From Candidatus Eiseniibacteriota bacterium (GTDB lineage Bacteria > Eisenbacteria > RBG-16-71-46 > CAVPCR01), in the NCBI GenBank assembly GCA_963823555.1, contig CAWGMA010000001.1, positions 2,208,001-2,272,000 on the forward strand: a stretch of 64,000 nucleotides of DNA. The letters are read 5' to 3'. How positions within the stretch are numbered: position 1 is the stretch's first letter; every line of letters begins with the position of its first letter. The position numbers and the translations under genes are program-made. Positions 9,865-19,471 of this stretch are shown here, one piece after another. The notes beneath the pieces are model-generated. The model saw nothing but the letters and a program-made list of their open reading frames with translations. It made no database searches and was not told where the DNA came from.

Positions 9865-10875
9865 ATGACCATTCACTCGCCTGAAGAGGAATACCGCGCC
9901 GCGCGTGAAGCGGCGATCATCGTCGACCTCGATCGCCGAGGGCGAGTCCGGGTCAGCGGGCGCGATCGCACGGACCTGATCCAGCGGCTCTCGACCAATG
10001 ACATGCGCGATCTGGTTCCCGGCCGGGGTATCTCCAACCTCTTTCTCACCAACAAGGGGCGCATCTTCAGCTTCTTCGACGCGCTCGCCTTCCCTGATCA
10101 TCTCCTCCTCTTCCTGCCGGGAGGTGACGCGCCCGCGGTCGCGGAGTGGATCACGCGCTTCGTCTTCGTCGAGGATGTCGTCGCCGAGGACGTGACGGCG
10201 AGCACGTTCGAGTTCGGTCTGTTCGGCCCGCAGGCCGCCGCCGCGCTCGCCGCGGCCGGAGCGGACGTCCGCGGTCTCGGTGCGCGCGATCACCGGGTCG
10301 CTCCCGGTCTCGGCGGAGCCATGGTCGGAGCCGCCGAGCGCCTCGCCGGATCCGGATTTCGCGTCTGCGGCGAGCGGGGCCACGGCGAGCGGATCTGGTG
10401 GCAACTGATCGAGCTGGGCGCGGCCTCAGGGCTCCGTGCCGCCGGACCCGAGACGGTGGAGACCCTGCGCGTCGAGGCCGGAATTCCCGCACCGGGCGCG
10501 GAGCTCAGCGAGCAGTGGAATCCCCTCGAGGCGGAGCTGCGCTCGGTGATCAGCTTCACCAAGGGTTGCTACACCGGGCAAGAGGTCGTGGCCCGCCTCA
10601 ACACGTACAAGAAGGTGCAGCGTGCGCTGCGTTGTCTGCGCCTGAGCGGCGATGAGGTGCCGGCCCGCGGCGGCCGCATTCTGGCTGACGGCAAGGAAGC
10701 CGGAATGGTGACCAGCGCCGCCCACTCCCTGGCACTCGCCGCACCCATCGTTCTCGCCTATGTCGACCTCGCCGCAAGCCCACCAGGCACCGAGCTGGCC
10801 GTGGAGATCGAGCCCGGCGGCCGCACGGCCAGCGCCGAGATCATCACGCCACCCCTCGCCGCCACCCCGAGCTAG
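9865..10875 (+). CDS. ygfZ: Folate-binding YgfZ/GcvT family protein
   Basis: Signature ISFTKGCYTGQEVVARL. Confidence 0.92.
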   Translation: MTIHSPEEEYRAAREAAIIVDLDRRGRVRVSGRDRTDLIQRLSTNDMRDLVPGRGISNLFLTNKGRIFSFFDALAFPDHLLLFLPGGDAPAVAEWITRFVFVEDVVAEDVTASTFEFGLFGPQAAAALAAAGADVRGLGARDHRVAPGLGGAMVGAAERLAGSGFRVCGERGHGERIWWQLIELGAASGLRAAGPETVETLRVEAGIPAPGAELSEQWNPLEAELRSVISFTKGCYTGQEVVARLNTYKKVQRALRCLRLSGDEVPARGGRILADGKEAGMVTSAAHSLALAAPIVLAYVDLAASPPGTELAVEIEPGGRTASAEIITPPLAATPS

Positions 10876-11885
10876 CTGGCCGGCTGCTTCCCCTGGATGA
10901 AGGTCAGGGCATCGCGCACGTCCTCGACGCTCCCGATCACGAGCGGCGTCCGCTGATGGAGACCCTCGGGCGCGATGTCGAGGATGCGGCGCCGGCCGTC
11001 CGAGGCCGCCCCTCCCGCCCGCTCGGCGATCAGGGCAAGCGGCGCCGCCTCGTAGAGCAGTCGCAGCTTCCCTTGCTTGTTCTTGTGGTCGGCGGGATAG
11101 AGGAAGATGCCCCCGTAGAGCAGGTTGCGGTGGAAGTCGGACACCAGGGAGCCGATGTAGCGCGAGCTGTACGGCCTCCCGGTCGCCGGATCGTCGCTCT
11201 TGAGATGAGCGATGTACCGCCGCACGCCGTCCTCCCAGCGCTCCGTATTGCCCTCGTTGATGCTGTAGAGCTTGCCCCGGGGAGGGATACGGATGTTCTC
11301 GTGGCTCAGGAGGAACTCACCCACCGAAGGATCATACGTGAACCCGTGCACTCCCTGGCTGGTGGTATAGACGAACATCGTGCTCGGGCCGTAGACGATG
11401 TAACCAGCCGCCACCTGGCGGCTTCCGGGCTGCATGCAGTCCCGCTCTTCGCCGGGGCCGGACCCCGGGCTCACGCGCCGATGGATGGAGAAGATGGTCC
11501 CGGTGGAGATGTTGGCATCGATGTTCGACGAGCCATCGAGCGGATCGTAGTTGAGCACATAATGGCCGCAAGGATAGTCGTCGGGAATGTGCCGCGGCTC
11601 CGCATCCTCCTCGGAAGCCATGATGCAGAGATGGCCGGTGTGGTCCAGAGCCCGGAACATCGTCTCGTTGGCGAAGACATCGAGCTTCTGCACCTCCTCG
11701 CCCTGCACATTGACTTCCCCGGTCTTGCCGAGGATGTTGACGAGGCCGGCCTTGGCCACCTCCCGCATGATGATCTTGGCTGCCAGCGTGATGTCGGAGA
11801 GCAGGTCGGAGAACTCACCGGTGGCGCTGGGGAACTTGCGCTCCTGCTCCATGATGTGGCGGGAGATGGTGACAACCTTGGCCAT
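10872..11885 (-). CDS. fbp: Fructose-1,6-bisphosphatase class 1
   Basis: GEEVQKLDV, YDPLDGSSNID, RYIGSLVSDFHRNLLYGG, GKLRLLYEA. Confidence 0.97.
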   Translation of the reverse strand: MAKVVTISRHIMEQERKFPSATGEFSDLLSDITLAAKIIMREVAKAGLVNILGKTGEVNVQGEEVQKLDVFANETMFRALDHTGHLCIMASEEDAEPRHIPDDYPCGHYVLNYDPLDGSSNIDANISTGTIFSIHRRVSPGSGPGEERDCMQPGSRQVAAGYIVYGPSTMFVYTTSQGVHGFTYDPSVGEFLLSHENIRIPPRGKLYSINEGNTERWEDGVRRYIAHLKSDDPATGRPYSSRYIGSLVSDFHRNLLYGGIFLYPADHKNKQGKLRLLYEAAPLALIAERAGGAASDGRRRILDIAPEGLHQRTPLVIGSVEDVRDALTFIQGKQPAS

Positions 11886-11958
11886 AGCTGGAGCTCCTCA
11901 TCACGCCGGCGGGAGAGTCGCGGCGCGGTTAGATCCCTGACCAGAGGAAGAGGCCTCA

Positions 11959-11981
11959 GCGGCCGCCGCTGCGGCGGCCGC
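11959..11981. terminator. GC-rich inverted repeat (possible terminator hairpin)
   Basis: GCGGCCGCCGC-T-GCGGCGGCCGC in the gap between the GNAT gene and fbp; no clear U-tract. Confidence 0.35.
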
Positions 11982-12026
11982 GCAACACCCGATACCCACG
12001 CGGACCCGTTCTTCCACCCGCAGATC

Positions 12027-12872
12027 TTACCGCCGCAAGACAGCGAGAGCGAGCGCCAGCACACGCGGGGCTGAGCGGAGAAGCCCCTTCGCGGCGAGCT
12101 CGCCCCGACCCACGGCGTGGAAGAGAACCCCCGGCGGCGGGAGCTCCCCGCCGGCAAACCGGGTGAGGAGCCCATACGGCATCCGGACCCGCAGGTTGGG
12201 ACTCTCGGCTGCACCTCGCTCGAGGCGAAATCCGGAGGCGGCCAGCACCACATGGCAGGGCGGGAAGCTCTCGATCTCGAGGTCCACGACCAGCGGGTGC
12301 CGGAGCGCGCGCCGCAACGCCGGCCGCTCGAGCAAGCGGGCGCCGAGGTCCTTCACGCGCGGTGCGAGAGGGCCGGGCCCCAGATAGCGGCGGAACTGGG
12401 TCGTCACGCTCGGCACGAAGACGTAGCCGAAGCGCCGGTGGTAGAGCCGCTCGTTGAGCTCGCGTGAGGTGAAGCCGCCGCGGAAGACCACGTGCCGGGC
12501 GCGCAGTCGCTCATCGGTCAGATCATGGGCGCGCACGGCGACGTCATGTCCCCGGTAGGCGGGCAGCACGGCGAAGTCGCCGTCGAAGCTCACCGGGACA
12601 TGGAGCCCGGCTTCGAGCTTGAGTTCCAGCACGCCGCCATGGAAGCACCCGATCGCCTTCCCGTCGGCGCGGGCCACGAGCACCTCATCGTCACGGAACC
12701 CGGGCCGATGCCCGTGCTTCCAGCGCCACCAGGTCGCATCGCCCCAGCCTTCCCGCTGGCAGCTCTCGAGCACCTGCGCGATCGCCTCCTCGTCTCCAGC
12801 ACGATAGTCGGCGAGGGAGATCTCAGCTCCGCCCTGCTCCGGCGTCTCCGCCTTGCCTGCTTCGTCGCTCAT
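12027..12872 (-). CDS. GNAT family N-acetyltransferase with an SCP2-like C-terminal region
   Basis: WWRWKH..P, GDFAVLPAYRGHD acetyl-CoA motif A. Confidence 0.7.
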   Translation of the reverse strand: MSDEAGKAETPEQGGAEISLADYRAGDEEAIAQVLESCQREGWGDATWWRWKHGHRPGFRDDEVLVARADGKAIGCFHGGVLELKLEAGLHVPVSFDGDFAVLPAYRGHDVAVRAHDLTDERLRARHVVFRGGFTSRELNERLYHRRFGYVFVPSVTTQFRRYLGPGPLAPRVKDLGARLLERPALRRALRHPLVVDLEIESFPPCHVVLAASGFRLERGAAESPNLRVRMPYGLLTRFAGGELPPPGVLFHAVGRGELAAKGLLRSAPRVLALALAVLRR

Positions 12873-12881
12873 GCCGTCCTC

Positions 12882-13685
12882 TCACCGCCCGTCGGCGGGC
12901 GGGGTGTACCAGGGGTTCTTGAGCACGAGCCAGTCGCACAGCGTTCGCGCGTCCTGCTCGCGCGCCGCCGGCACCACCTCGATCCGCCCCAGCGAACGCG
13001 CCTCCTCGAATCGAACGCGGCGGAACATGAGGTCGGTGAGGGTCGAGAGATCCGTTCGCACCGTGACATCCGCCACGACATCGGGAGCGGATCGGACCAC
13101 GGTCTCCGCCTCACCGGGGGCGATCCGCAGGATCAGGGGTCCGGACCGCCGGTAGTGCCCGGGGGCGAGCTCGAACCGGAAGACGGGGCGCCAGTCGTGG
13201 GGCAGGCGTCCGCGCCGGTGCGCCAGGAGGCGCCGGATCGCCTCCTCGACATCGACGAGGATGAGTTGCAGCGACTGACTCTCTTCCTGGCGGTAGCCGT
13301 CCGCGGCGAGGAGCGCCCGCACCCGTCCATCGCTGTGCGGGAGCTCGAACACGATGGTCTCCTGGCCGGTGGCCAGGCAGCGTTCTTCCAGGGCGCGCTT
13401 GAGGGCGCGCGCCGCTTCGGTGCGGGCTTCCCCGGTGAGCTTCGGCTCGAGACAGAACTCGAGCACCACGCCGCCCCTGCCGAGCACGGCATAGCCCAGG
13501 GTCTCGCCCGTGGCCGCGCCGAGAATCAAGATGTCATCGGAAGCAATGCCCGGCCGGTCGAGGATCGACCAGCGCCAGTGCGCCACCGTGCGCGGGACGG
13601 ATCCGCCGTAGGGCGCATGGGCGCGCTCGGCGATCTCGACGAGGATCGCCTCGTCTCCAGCCCGGTAGCTACGGATGTGGTGCAC
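12882..13685 (-). CDS. GNAT-like protein with a C-terminal SCP2 sterol-carrier domain (Eis C-half-like)
   Basis: IRSYRAGDE, RTVAHWRW, ADVTVRTDLSTLTDLMF..EEARSLGRIEV. Confidence 0.6.
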   Translation of the reverse strand: MHHIRSYRAGDEAILVEIAERAHAPYGGSVPRTVAHWRWSILDRPGIASDDILILGAATGETLGYAVLGRGGVVLEFCLEPKLTGEARTEAARALKRALEERCLATGQETIVFELPHSDGRVRALLAADGYRQEESQSLQLILVDVEEAIRRLLAHRRGRLPHDWRPVFRFELAPGHYRRSGPLILRIAPGEAETVVRSAPDVVADVTVRTDLSTLTDLMFRRVRFEEARSLGRIEVVPAAREQDARTLCDWLVLKNPWYTPPADGR

Positions 13686-13697
13686 GCGCCCCCCGCC

Positions 13698-14801
13698 TCA
13701 CGCGCTCCGCCGGAGCGCGCGCGATGGCCTGAGAGCGCCCAGGTTCTCGCGGGCGCCGCTCAGGTACATGTCGAAGAGAGCCCGCGAGAAGCGGCCGTTC
13801 GGAGCCTGCCAGCGTTCATGCGACTCGCAGAAGCGTCTGAGCGCGAAGAGATCGTCGCCCGGCCGCACGAGGCCGTAGACGACGGTGAATGCGGCCCGAA
13901 AGCCGGCGTCGCGCACGCTCGCCTTCACCTCGTCGGTATAGTCATTGGCTGGATTCCCGAAGGGATAGGCGAAGAGGTCGACCGTCCCTCCCAGTTCGCG
14001 CTCGAGGACGGCCCTGGAGTCGCTGATCTCGCGCCGCGCCTCGGCCAGCGGCAGGTGCTTCAGGTTGCGATGCGTCATCGTGTGCGCCCCCATCGTCACG
14101 AGGCCGCTCGCCACGAGGGCGCGCGCCTCCTCCCAGCTCATCATGCGATCTTCGGTATTGGCCCGCGGGTCGACGCCCAGATCGGCGGCGATGCGGTTCA
14201 CGACTTCCTGCTTCTCCGACTCGGAGACCCGCTTGAGGACGACGACGAGGCCCTCGGCATTGCCCGCCGCCCAGTCCGGAGCCGGCAGCTGGTGGCGCTC
14301 GGCGAGGAGGCGTTCGATCTCGGCGGGGCTCTGGCGCGCCGCGCGCAGGACATAGCTCAGCTTATCCCACCACATGGTCTCTTCCGAGCCGATGAAGCCG
14401 GCGGTGAGGAAGATGGTGGCCGGGCAATCGAGGGCGCGGAGCACGGGAAAGGCCACTGTTGCGTTGTCCCGGTAGCCGTCGTCGAACGTCACCGCCACGG
14501 TGCGCGGCGGCAGCGGGCGGCGGCGAGAGAGGGCATCGACCATCTCGGCGAGCGGCAGCACGCGGTAGCGGCGCACCAGGTGTTCGATGTGGGCGGCGAA
14601 GTGACGCTGCTCGAGTTGCCAGCCGGCTCCCGCGCCGTCGGCATGAACGCGATGGAACATGAGGATCGCGCCGGCGCCCCCGGCACGATCGTGGAGGGGA
14701 CCCAGGCGGCGGTCGAGACCGGTGTAGTGCAGACCGGCGCAGGCCGCCCACTCGGCAAGACGATAGAGCCTGGAACGACCGTAGGGATTCGCTGGGCGCA
14801 T
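13698..14801 (-). CDS. Polysaccharide deacetylase (CE4/NodB)
   Basis: ILMFHRV, VTFDDGYRDN, GAHTMTH, FAYPFG. Start trimmed to ATG 14801. Confidence 0.9.
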   Translation of the reverse strand: MRPANPYGRSRLYRLAEWAACAGLHYTGLDRRLGPLHDRAGGAGAILMFHRVHADGAGAGWQLEQRHFAAHIEHLVRRYRVLPLAEMVDALSRRRPLPPRTVAVTFDDGYRDNATVAFPVLRALDCPATIFLTAGFIGSEETMWWDKLSYVLRAARQSPAEIERLLAERHQLPAPDWAAGNAEGLVVVLKRVSESEKQEVVNRIAADLGVDPRANTEDRMMSWEEARALVASGLVTMGAHTMTHRNLKHLPLAEARREISDSRAVLERELGGTVDLFAYPFGNPANDYTDEVKASVRDAGFRAAFTVVYGLVRPGDDLFALRRFCESHERWQAPNGRFSRALFDMYLSGARENLGALRPSRALRRSA

Positions 14802-14905
14802 ACGACCTTGATTTCCTGCCCGGAGGGCCACCTCCGCGAGACGCGATCGGCCGGGCGTCACGTTAACCGAAAGGGAGCGGCGGCGAAAGCCCCGGCCGCC
14901 GAGCT

Positions 14906-15790
14906 TCAGGCGGCTCGTTCGCCGAGCCGCCTGAGCCCGTCCATGACCGGCGGGTCGAAATGCACATCCAGCTGCGGGAAGGCGATCGTGATCGCGGCCT
15001 CCTTGAAAGCCGACCAGACGCTCTCGTGGAGATCGGAGATGGCCCGGCGATACTCCCACGGATCGCCCATCCAGATGGCCACTTCGAAGTTGACCGAGTT
15101 GTCGCCGAAACCGGTCATGAAGACGTGCGGCATCCGTCCCGGTGCCGCCCACTTGGCATTCACGTCGCTGGCGACCTGCTCCAGGATCTCACGCACGCGC
15201 GGCATGTCGGACGCATAGACGACGCCCACTGGAACGCGGATCCGGAAGGTCGAGTCCTTGAGCGTGTAGTTCTTGACGATCGACTGGATGAGCACCGAGT
15301 TGGGAACGATGAGGTCCTCGCCGTCGCGGGTGCGGGCAATGGTGGACCGGATCCCCATCTCCAGGACGCGGACCACGAGGCCTTGCACCTCGAGCACGTC
15401 TCCCGGTTTGATCGTGCGCTCGGTGAGGAGAATGATCCCGGCGACGAAGTTCTCGGCGATGCTCTGCATGGCGAAGCCGAGGCCGACGGCGAAAATGGCG
15501 CCGGCGGCGAAGAGAGCCGTGAGGTCGATACCCGCCGTCTGCAGGGCCACGGCCGAGCCGGTGATGAGGATCCCGTAGTAGAGCACCCCGGTGACGAGGC
15601 CCACGGTGCCGAGCTTGAACCCGCGCGCCCCGAGGATGCTGGCCAGAGCGCGCCGGGACACGCTGGCGAGGACGAGCGACACCAGGAACACGACGGCCAG
15701 GGTGACGAGAGTGGAGATGGTGATCGCGGTGTCACCAATGTCGAACAAGCGAACGTCAAGCGTCGAGCGGAGCGCCTCCATCCATACCAT
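14906..15790 (-). CDS. mscS: Small-conductance mechanosensitive channel (MscS family)
   Basis: GLGFAMQSIAENFVAGIILL, IKPGDVLEV, GFGDNSVNF, IAFPQLDVH. ATG 15790 after GGAGG. Confidence 0.9.
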   Translation of the reverse strand: MVWMEALRSTLDVRLFDIGDTAITISTLVTLAVVFLVSLVLASVSRRALASILGARGFKLGTVGLVTGVLYYGILITGSAVALQTAGIDLTALFAAGAIFAVGLGFAMQSIAENFVAGIILLTERTIKPGDVLEVQGLVVRVLEMGIRSTIARTRDGEDLIVPNSVLIQSIVKNYTLKDSTFRIRVPVGVVYASDMPRVREILEQVASDVNAKWAAPGRMPHVFMTGFGDNSVNFEVAIWMGDPWEYRRAISDLHESVWSAFKEAAITIAFPQLDVHFDPPVMDGLRRLGERAA

Positions 15791-15915
15791 CGCGATCCCT
15801 CCTGTTCCTGGTCCTGTTAGGCCGAAGGTGGCGGAAGGGATCTTAGGTGATGAGGGGGGTCCGGGAAACGCGGCCTGCCGGGCGGGGCCTCTGGGAGCGG
15901 CGGCGGTGGCGGGAT

Positions 15916-15947
15916 CCGGGGGGCGATCGACGCGGCCCGCCCCCCGG
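15916..15947. repeat. 10-bp inverted repeat (hairpin) in the leader upstream of mscS
   Basis: CCGGGGGGCG-N12-CGCCCCCCGG. Confidence 0.6.
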
Positions 15948-15971
15948 GCGGCCTCTCCCCGCGTACTGTAT

Positions 15972-16000
15972 GAGTCGCCCAAGAGGAGCAAGAAGTCACA
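15972..16000 (-). promoter_or_regulatory. Putative ECF-sigma promoter, copy 2
   Basis: Minus strand TGTGACT-TCTTGCTCCTCTTGGG(16)-CGACTC; same layout as the copy at 20066-20094. Confidence 0.5.
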
Positions 16001-18743
16001 GCGAAACGGGGCGGGACCGACGGGAAGCCGCGAAGAGCGCGGCGGTGAGGAGAAGGACCACGAGGAGGAGCCGGTCCCGGCCCGGGCCCCGCGGCTCGAG
16101 GGAGACCTCGACGTCCGGATCTCCGGTCACGATGAACCCCGCCCAGTAGAAGGGATGGCTGGTTTCGGGACGCCGCTCGAGAGCACGCTGGGCATGGCCG
16201 AGCGCGGCCGCCACCGGCTCGCCACGTGCCAGATGGGCATAGAGGCAGGCCATGAAGTCGGCGGTCACGCGGTCGTCGACCGGCCACAGGGTGGCCACGA
16301 TCGAGGAAGCTCCGGCGCTCAGGAACGCGCTCGAGATACCGAGCACCCCCTCCCCGGAGAGAACGCGCCCCCCGGCCGAGGCGCAGCTCGAGAGGACGAC
16401 GAGACGGGCCCCCAGCTCCATGGCCGAGATCTCGCCGGCGCGCAGGACGGTGGGTTCGCCGGCGGAGCCGAGGAGGAGGCCGGATTGCCATGGACGCTGA
16501 TCATCCAGCTTGAGGTGCGAGGCGAAATGCAATACATCAGCACCACTTAGCAGAGAGTCATCGATGGCCGGCCCCACCCCGCCAGCGACGGTCACGCCGC
16601 GATAGCTGCGGAGAGCAGCGAGCTCGATGTCGACGCCGGGTAGCTCGACGCCGTTCGCCGCCTGGCGCCCGGCGATGGCCAGCACCCGGGATGCCGGGAC
16701 CACCTCGTGTCCTCGCAGGTGGAGCCAGGTGCTCGCCGAGGGAATGCGCAGCCAGGTCCGGGGTGATGACCCGCTGCCTGAATCACCCGACGCGGAATCC
16801 ATGTAGGCAAAGGGCAGCATCGTGACCACGCCATCGGGGGCGACGATCACGGTGCGATGCCGGTCGAGCAGGTCGCGGACTCCATCGCACAGGACTCCCA
16901 GCAGGTGATGCGCGGAGGCCCTGAGCGCCGCCTCATCGCCGGCTCCTGGCTCCGGGGGCGCCGAGACGAGCTCCAGGAAGCGATGCCCTCTCGACTCCAG
17001 GTCGGCACCCTCGAGGCGCATGGCCCGCGCATCGTCGCGGGACACGGCCAGGACCAGCGAGCACTCGGTGCCCAAGTAGAAATCGAGAAAGAGCTCCCCC
17101 GGTCGGAGGGCCGTGCTCCTGAGGTCCTCGAGCGTGGCCAGTGGCATGGCTTCCCGGTCCGTGGCGGCAGCTCGACCCGGACCGGCCATGCGCTCCTGAA
17201 GCGTCCTCGCCTTGAACGACTGCAGCCGATCGAAGAGCTCCGCCGTCCGGCGCTCGGCCATCTCCGGATCGTTCTCCGCCAGTTGCTCGATGTCATCGAG
17301 GTAGAGCGCTGCCAGGAGCGAATAGAGGCGCCGCCCGGCTCGTCCGCGGCTCTCCCGCCACTCGGGATCCAGTGGGACGCCGCGCTCGGCGTACCACCGG
17401 CGTGCCGCTTCGTCGAGCCTGGCCATCGCTTCATCCGGGCGACCCGCACCACGGGCCGCCGCCGCGGCGACCACGAGCACCTCGACCTGGAGCGGGCTCG
17501 ACGTCGGGACCGCTCCGGCACCGAGATGAGGCGCAAGCTCGGCCTGGGCGGCCTCGTAGCGACCCAGAGCCGTTAGCAGGTCCGCCCGCTGGAGGGCGAC
17601 GCGTGCATTGATCTCACCGAGGGCGCGACCGGCCACGAGTTGCTTGGCCTCCGCGTTGATGGCGAGCGCTGAAGCGGTGCTGTCGAGCTCGGCCAGCACC
17701 TCGGCACGGCCGAGGCGGCACTCGACCTGGGTACGCAAGCGGATCCCGGGCTCGAGGGCCAGCGCCTCGTTGAAGGTCCTCGCAGCAAGATGCCGCCGCC
17801 CGCGGCGCCGTTCGAGATCAGCCAGCATGTAGAGGACATCGCCCTCGACATCGGTGAAGCCCCGCTCCCGGCATTCGACGAGCAGATCGTGGAGACCGAC
17901 TTCGGCCTCCCTGTAACGGCCGAGCTCGAGATGGCAGATGGCGACGTTCAGCGCCGGCATCAAGGCCTCTCGGACGTGACCGCCCGCCCGCTGCAGATCC
18001 TCGGCCGTGGCGAAGTACGGGCCGGCGATTCCGGGGTCGCCGAGCATGAACTCGAGGGTGGCCAGGTTGTTGAGCGCCATGGCCTCGACCATCTGGAACC
18101 GCGCCTCGCGCGCCCGCACCGCCGCCCGCTCGAAGGAGAGCTTCGCCTCTTCGTAGCGAGCGAGCCGCTGCTCGGCGACACCGAGGCCGTTCAGCGCCCA
18201 GGCCTCACCCTCCCGATCCTCGAGGGCCGCGAACAGCTCGCTGGCGCGGGCATAGTGCGTGGCTGCAAGAAGGCTCTCCCCGGTCCCGAGGGCATCCCAT
18301 CCCAGGCCGACCAGGGCCCAGGCCTCGTGCCGGCGGTCTCCGCTGGCGAGCGACCGGTCGTGGAGCCGCTGATAGAGCTGCCTCGCCTCATCCGCTCGCC
18401 CGGCAAGGCCGACAGCAACGCTCAGCCAGCGGAGCGCCGCCAGAGCCCGGGCCGAGTCCCCGCGAGCGGTGGCCCGATCGAGGGCCGAGCGGGCCTTCGC
18501 CTCCGCCCGGCGCGGCTCCCCGACGGATGCATAGCGGGAAGCGGCGCGCAGGAGAAGATCGAGCTCGACTTCGGGATCCTGAGGGCGAGCGAGCAGGGAG
18601 TCGGTGACGTGGAGGGAAAGCGCTCTGTTGCCCGCGTCCCACAGCGAATCGACATCTGCCAGCTGAGCTGCGGCCGGCAGCGAATGGGCGAAGACGAGAA
18701 GGGGGATGGCAGCAAACAGGAACGTCGCGGCCCGTTCCCTCAT
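15996..18743 (-). CDS. TPR + CHAT (caspase-like) protease with a signal peptide and C-terminal TM anchor
   Basis: TPR helices (EAWALNGLG, EAMALNNLA); CHAT motifs VAPDG, LHFASH, LVVLSSCASA, ATLWPVDD, HPFYWAGF; hydrophobic tail LLLVVLLLTAALFAA-SRRSR. Confidence 0.92.
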   Translation of the reverse strand: MRERAATFLFAAIPLLVFAHSLPAAAQLADVDSLWDAGNRALSLHVTDSLLARPQDPEVELDLLLRAASRYASVGEPRRAEAKARSALDRATARGDSARALAALRWLSVAVGLAGRADEARQLYQRLHDRSLASGDRRHEAWALVGLGWDALGTGESLLAATHYARASELFAALEDREGEAWALNGLGVAEQRLARYEEAKLSFERAAVRAREARFQMVEAMALNNLATLEFMLGDPGIAGPYFATAEDLQRAGGHVREALMPALNVAICHLELGRYREAEVGLHDLLVECRERGFTDVEGDVLYMLADLERRRGRRHLAARTFNEALALEPGIRLRTQVECRLGRAEVLAELDSTASALAINAEAKQLVAGRALGEINARVALQRADLLTALGRYEAAQAELAPHLGAGAVPTSSPLQVEVLVVAAAAARGAGRPDEAMARLDEAARRWYAERGVPLDPEWRESRGRAGRRLYSLLAALYLDDIEQLAENDPEMAERRTAELFDRLQSFKARTLQERMAGPGRAAATDREAMPLATLEDLRSTALRPGELFLDFYLGTECSLVLAVSRDDARAMRLEGADLESRGHRFLELVSAPPEPGAGDEAALRASAHHLLGVLCDGVRDLLDRHRTVIVAPDGVVTMLPFAYMDSASGDSGSGSSPRTWLRIPSASTWLHLRGHEVVPASRVLAIAGRQAANGVELPGVDIELAALRSYRGVTVAGGVGPAIDDSLLSGADVLHFASHLKLDDQRPWQSGLLLGSAGEPTVLRAGEISAMELGARLVVLSSCASAGGRVLSGEGVLGISSAFLSAGASSIVATLWPVDDRVTADFMACLYAHLARGEPVAAALGHAQRALERRPETSHPFYWAGFIVTGDPDVEVSLEPRGPGRDRLLLVVLLLTAALFAASRRSRPVSL

Positions 18744-19471
18744 CGCGACCGGGCGAGCGGCTGTGGTCGCGAATGCGCGATCTCATCCCCGTCACGCAGC
18801 GCGAGAACCTGCCAGAAGGGGGGGCTACCCGGGGAGGCGCCTGGCGACGCGAGCTCCTGCTCAGCGACGCGAAGGCTGGTCTCGGGAGCCAGCACCTCGC
18901 GGCGCGACCGCTCGGCGAGATCGGTTCCGAGGAAGATGAGAGCATAGCCGTCCGCCTCGTCGACGGGGACCCAGCGGAAGAGCCACTCTCCGGGTCCCGC
19001 CACCTCGACGGTGGCCGCCAGAACGGTCCCGGGCTCGGCGGCTTCCTGGCGCAGAACGATGCGTTCGCCGGCCGGGCCCCCGGCGCGGTGGAGCGCGTTC
19101 AAACCGACGACCACGAGAGTGATCGCCGCTGCCACAGCGAGCGCACCGCGCCACCGCACCGGGGATCGACGCCCTGTCAAGACATCGAGAACCTTCTCCC
19201 ATCCGGTCATTTCCCGCGCCGACCTCGATTCGCGTCCGGTGACCATCCTGCGCTCGGGAAAGATCTCGCGCTCGAGGGCCGCTTGGAGACGGCGATCCAT
19301 CACATCAGCGGCGGCGTCGCCCGGAAGGTCGCCGCCACGCAGGAACAGCGCATAGGAATCGAGGAGGCTGCGACAGCGGGGACAGCCCGCAATGTGCTCT
19401 CGCCGCGGGTCATCCTCCGGCCACGACCGGACCTCTTCCAGATCTTCGACGGGGAGACACTCTCTAGTCAT
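18740..19471 (-). CDS. Zinc-binding (ZAS/zf-HC2) transmembrane anti-sigma factor
   Basis: HIAGCPRC (HxxxCxxC), central TM ALAVAAAITLVVVGL, C-terminal beta-rich domain; overlaps both neighbours. Confidence 0.8.
   Translation of the reverse strand: MTRECLPVEDLEEVRSWPEDDPRREHIAGCPRCRSLLDSYALFLRGGDLPGDAAADVMDRRLQAALEREIFPERRMVTGRESRSAREMTGWEKVLDVLTGRRSPVRWRGALAVAAAITLVVVGLNALHRAGGPAGERIVLRQEAAEPGTVLAATVEVAGPGEWLFRWVPVDEADGYALIFLGTDLAERSRREVLAPETSLRVAEQELASPGASPGSPPFWQVLALRDGDEIAHSRPQPLARSR

Noticed and set aside
15996..18743. CHAT protease as part of a type III-E CRISPR (Craspase) or other defence system
   Set aside because: No cas genes or array in the window, and the protein appears exported and membrane-anchored.
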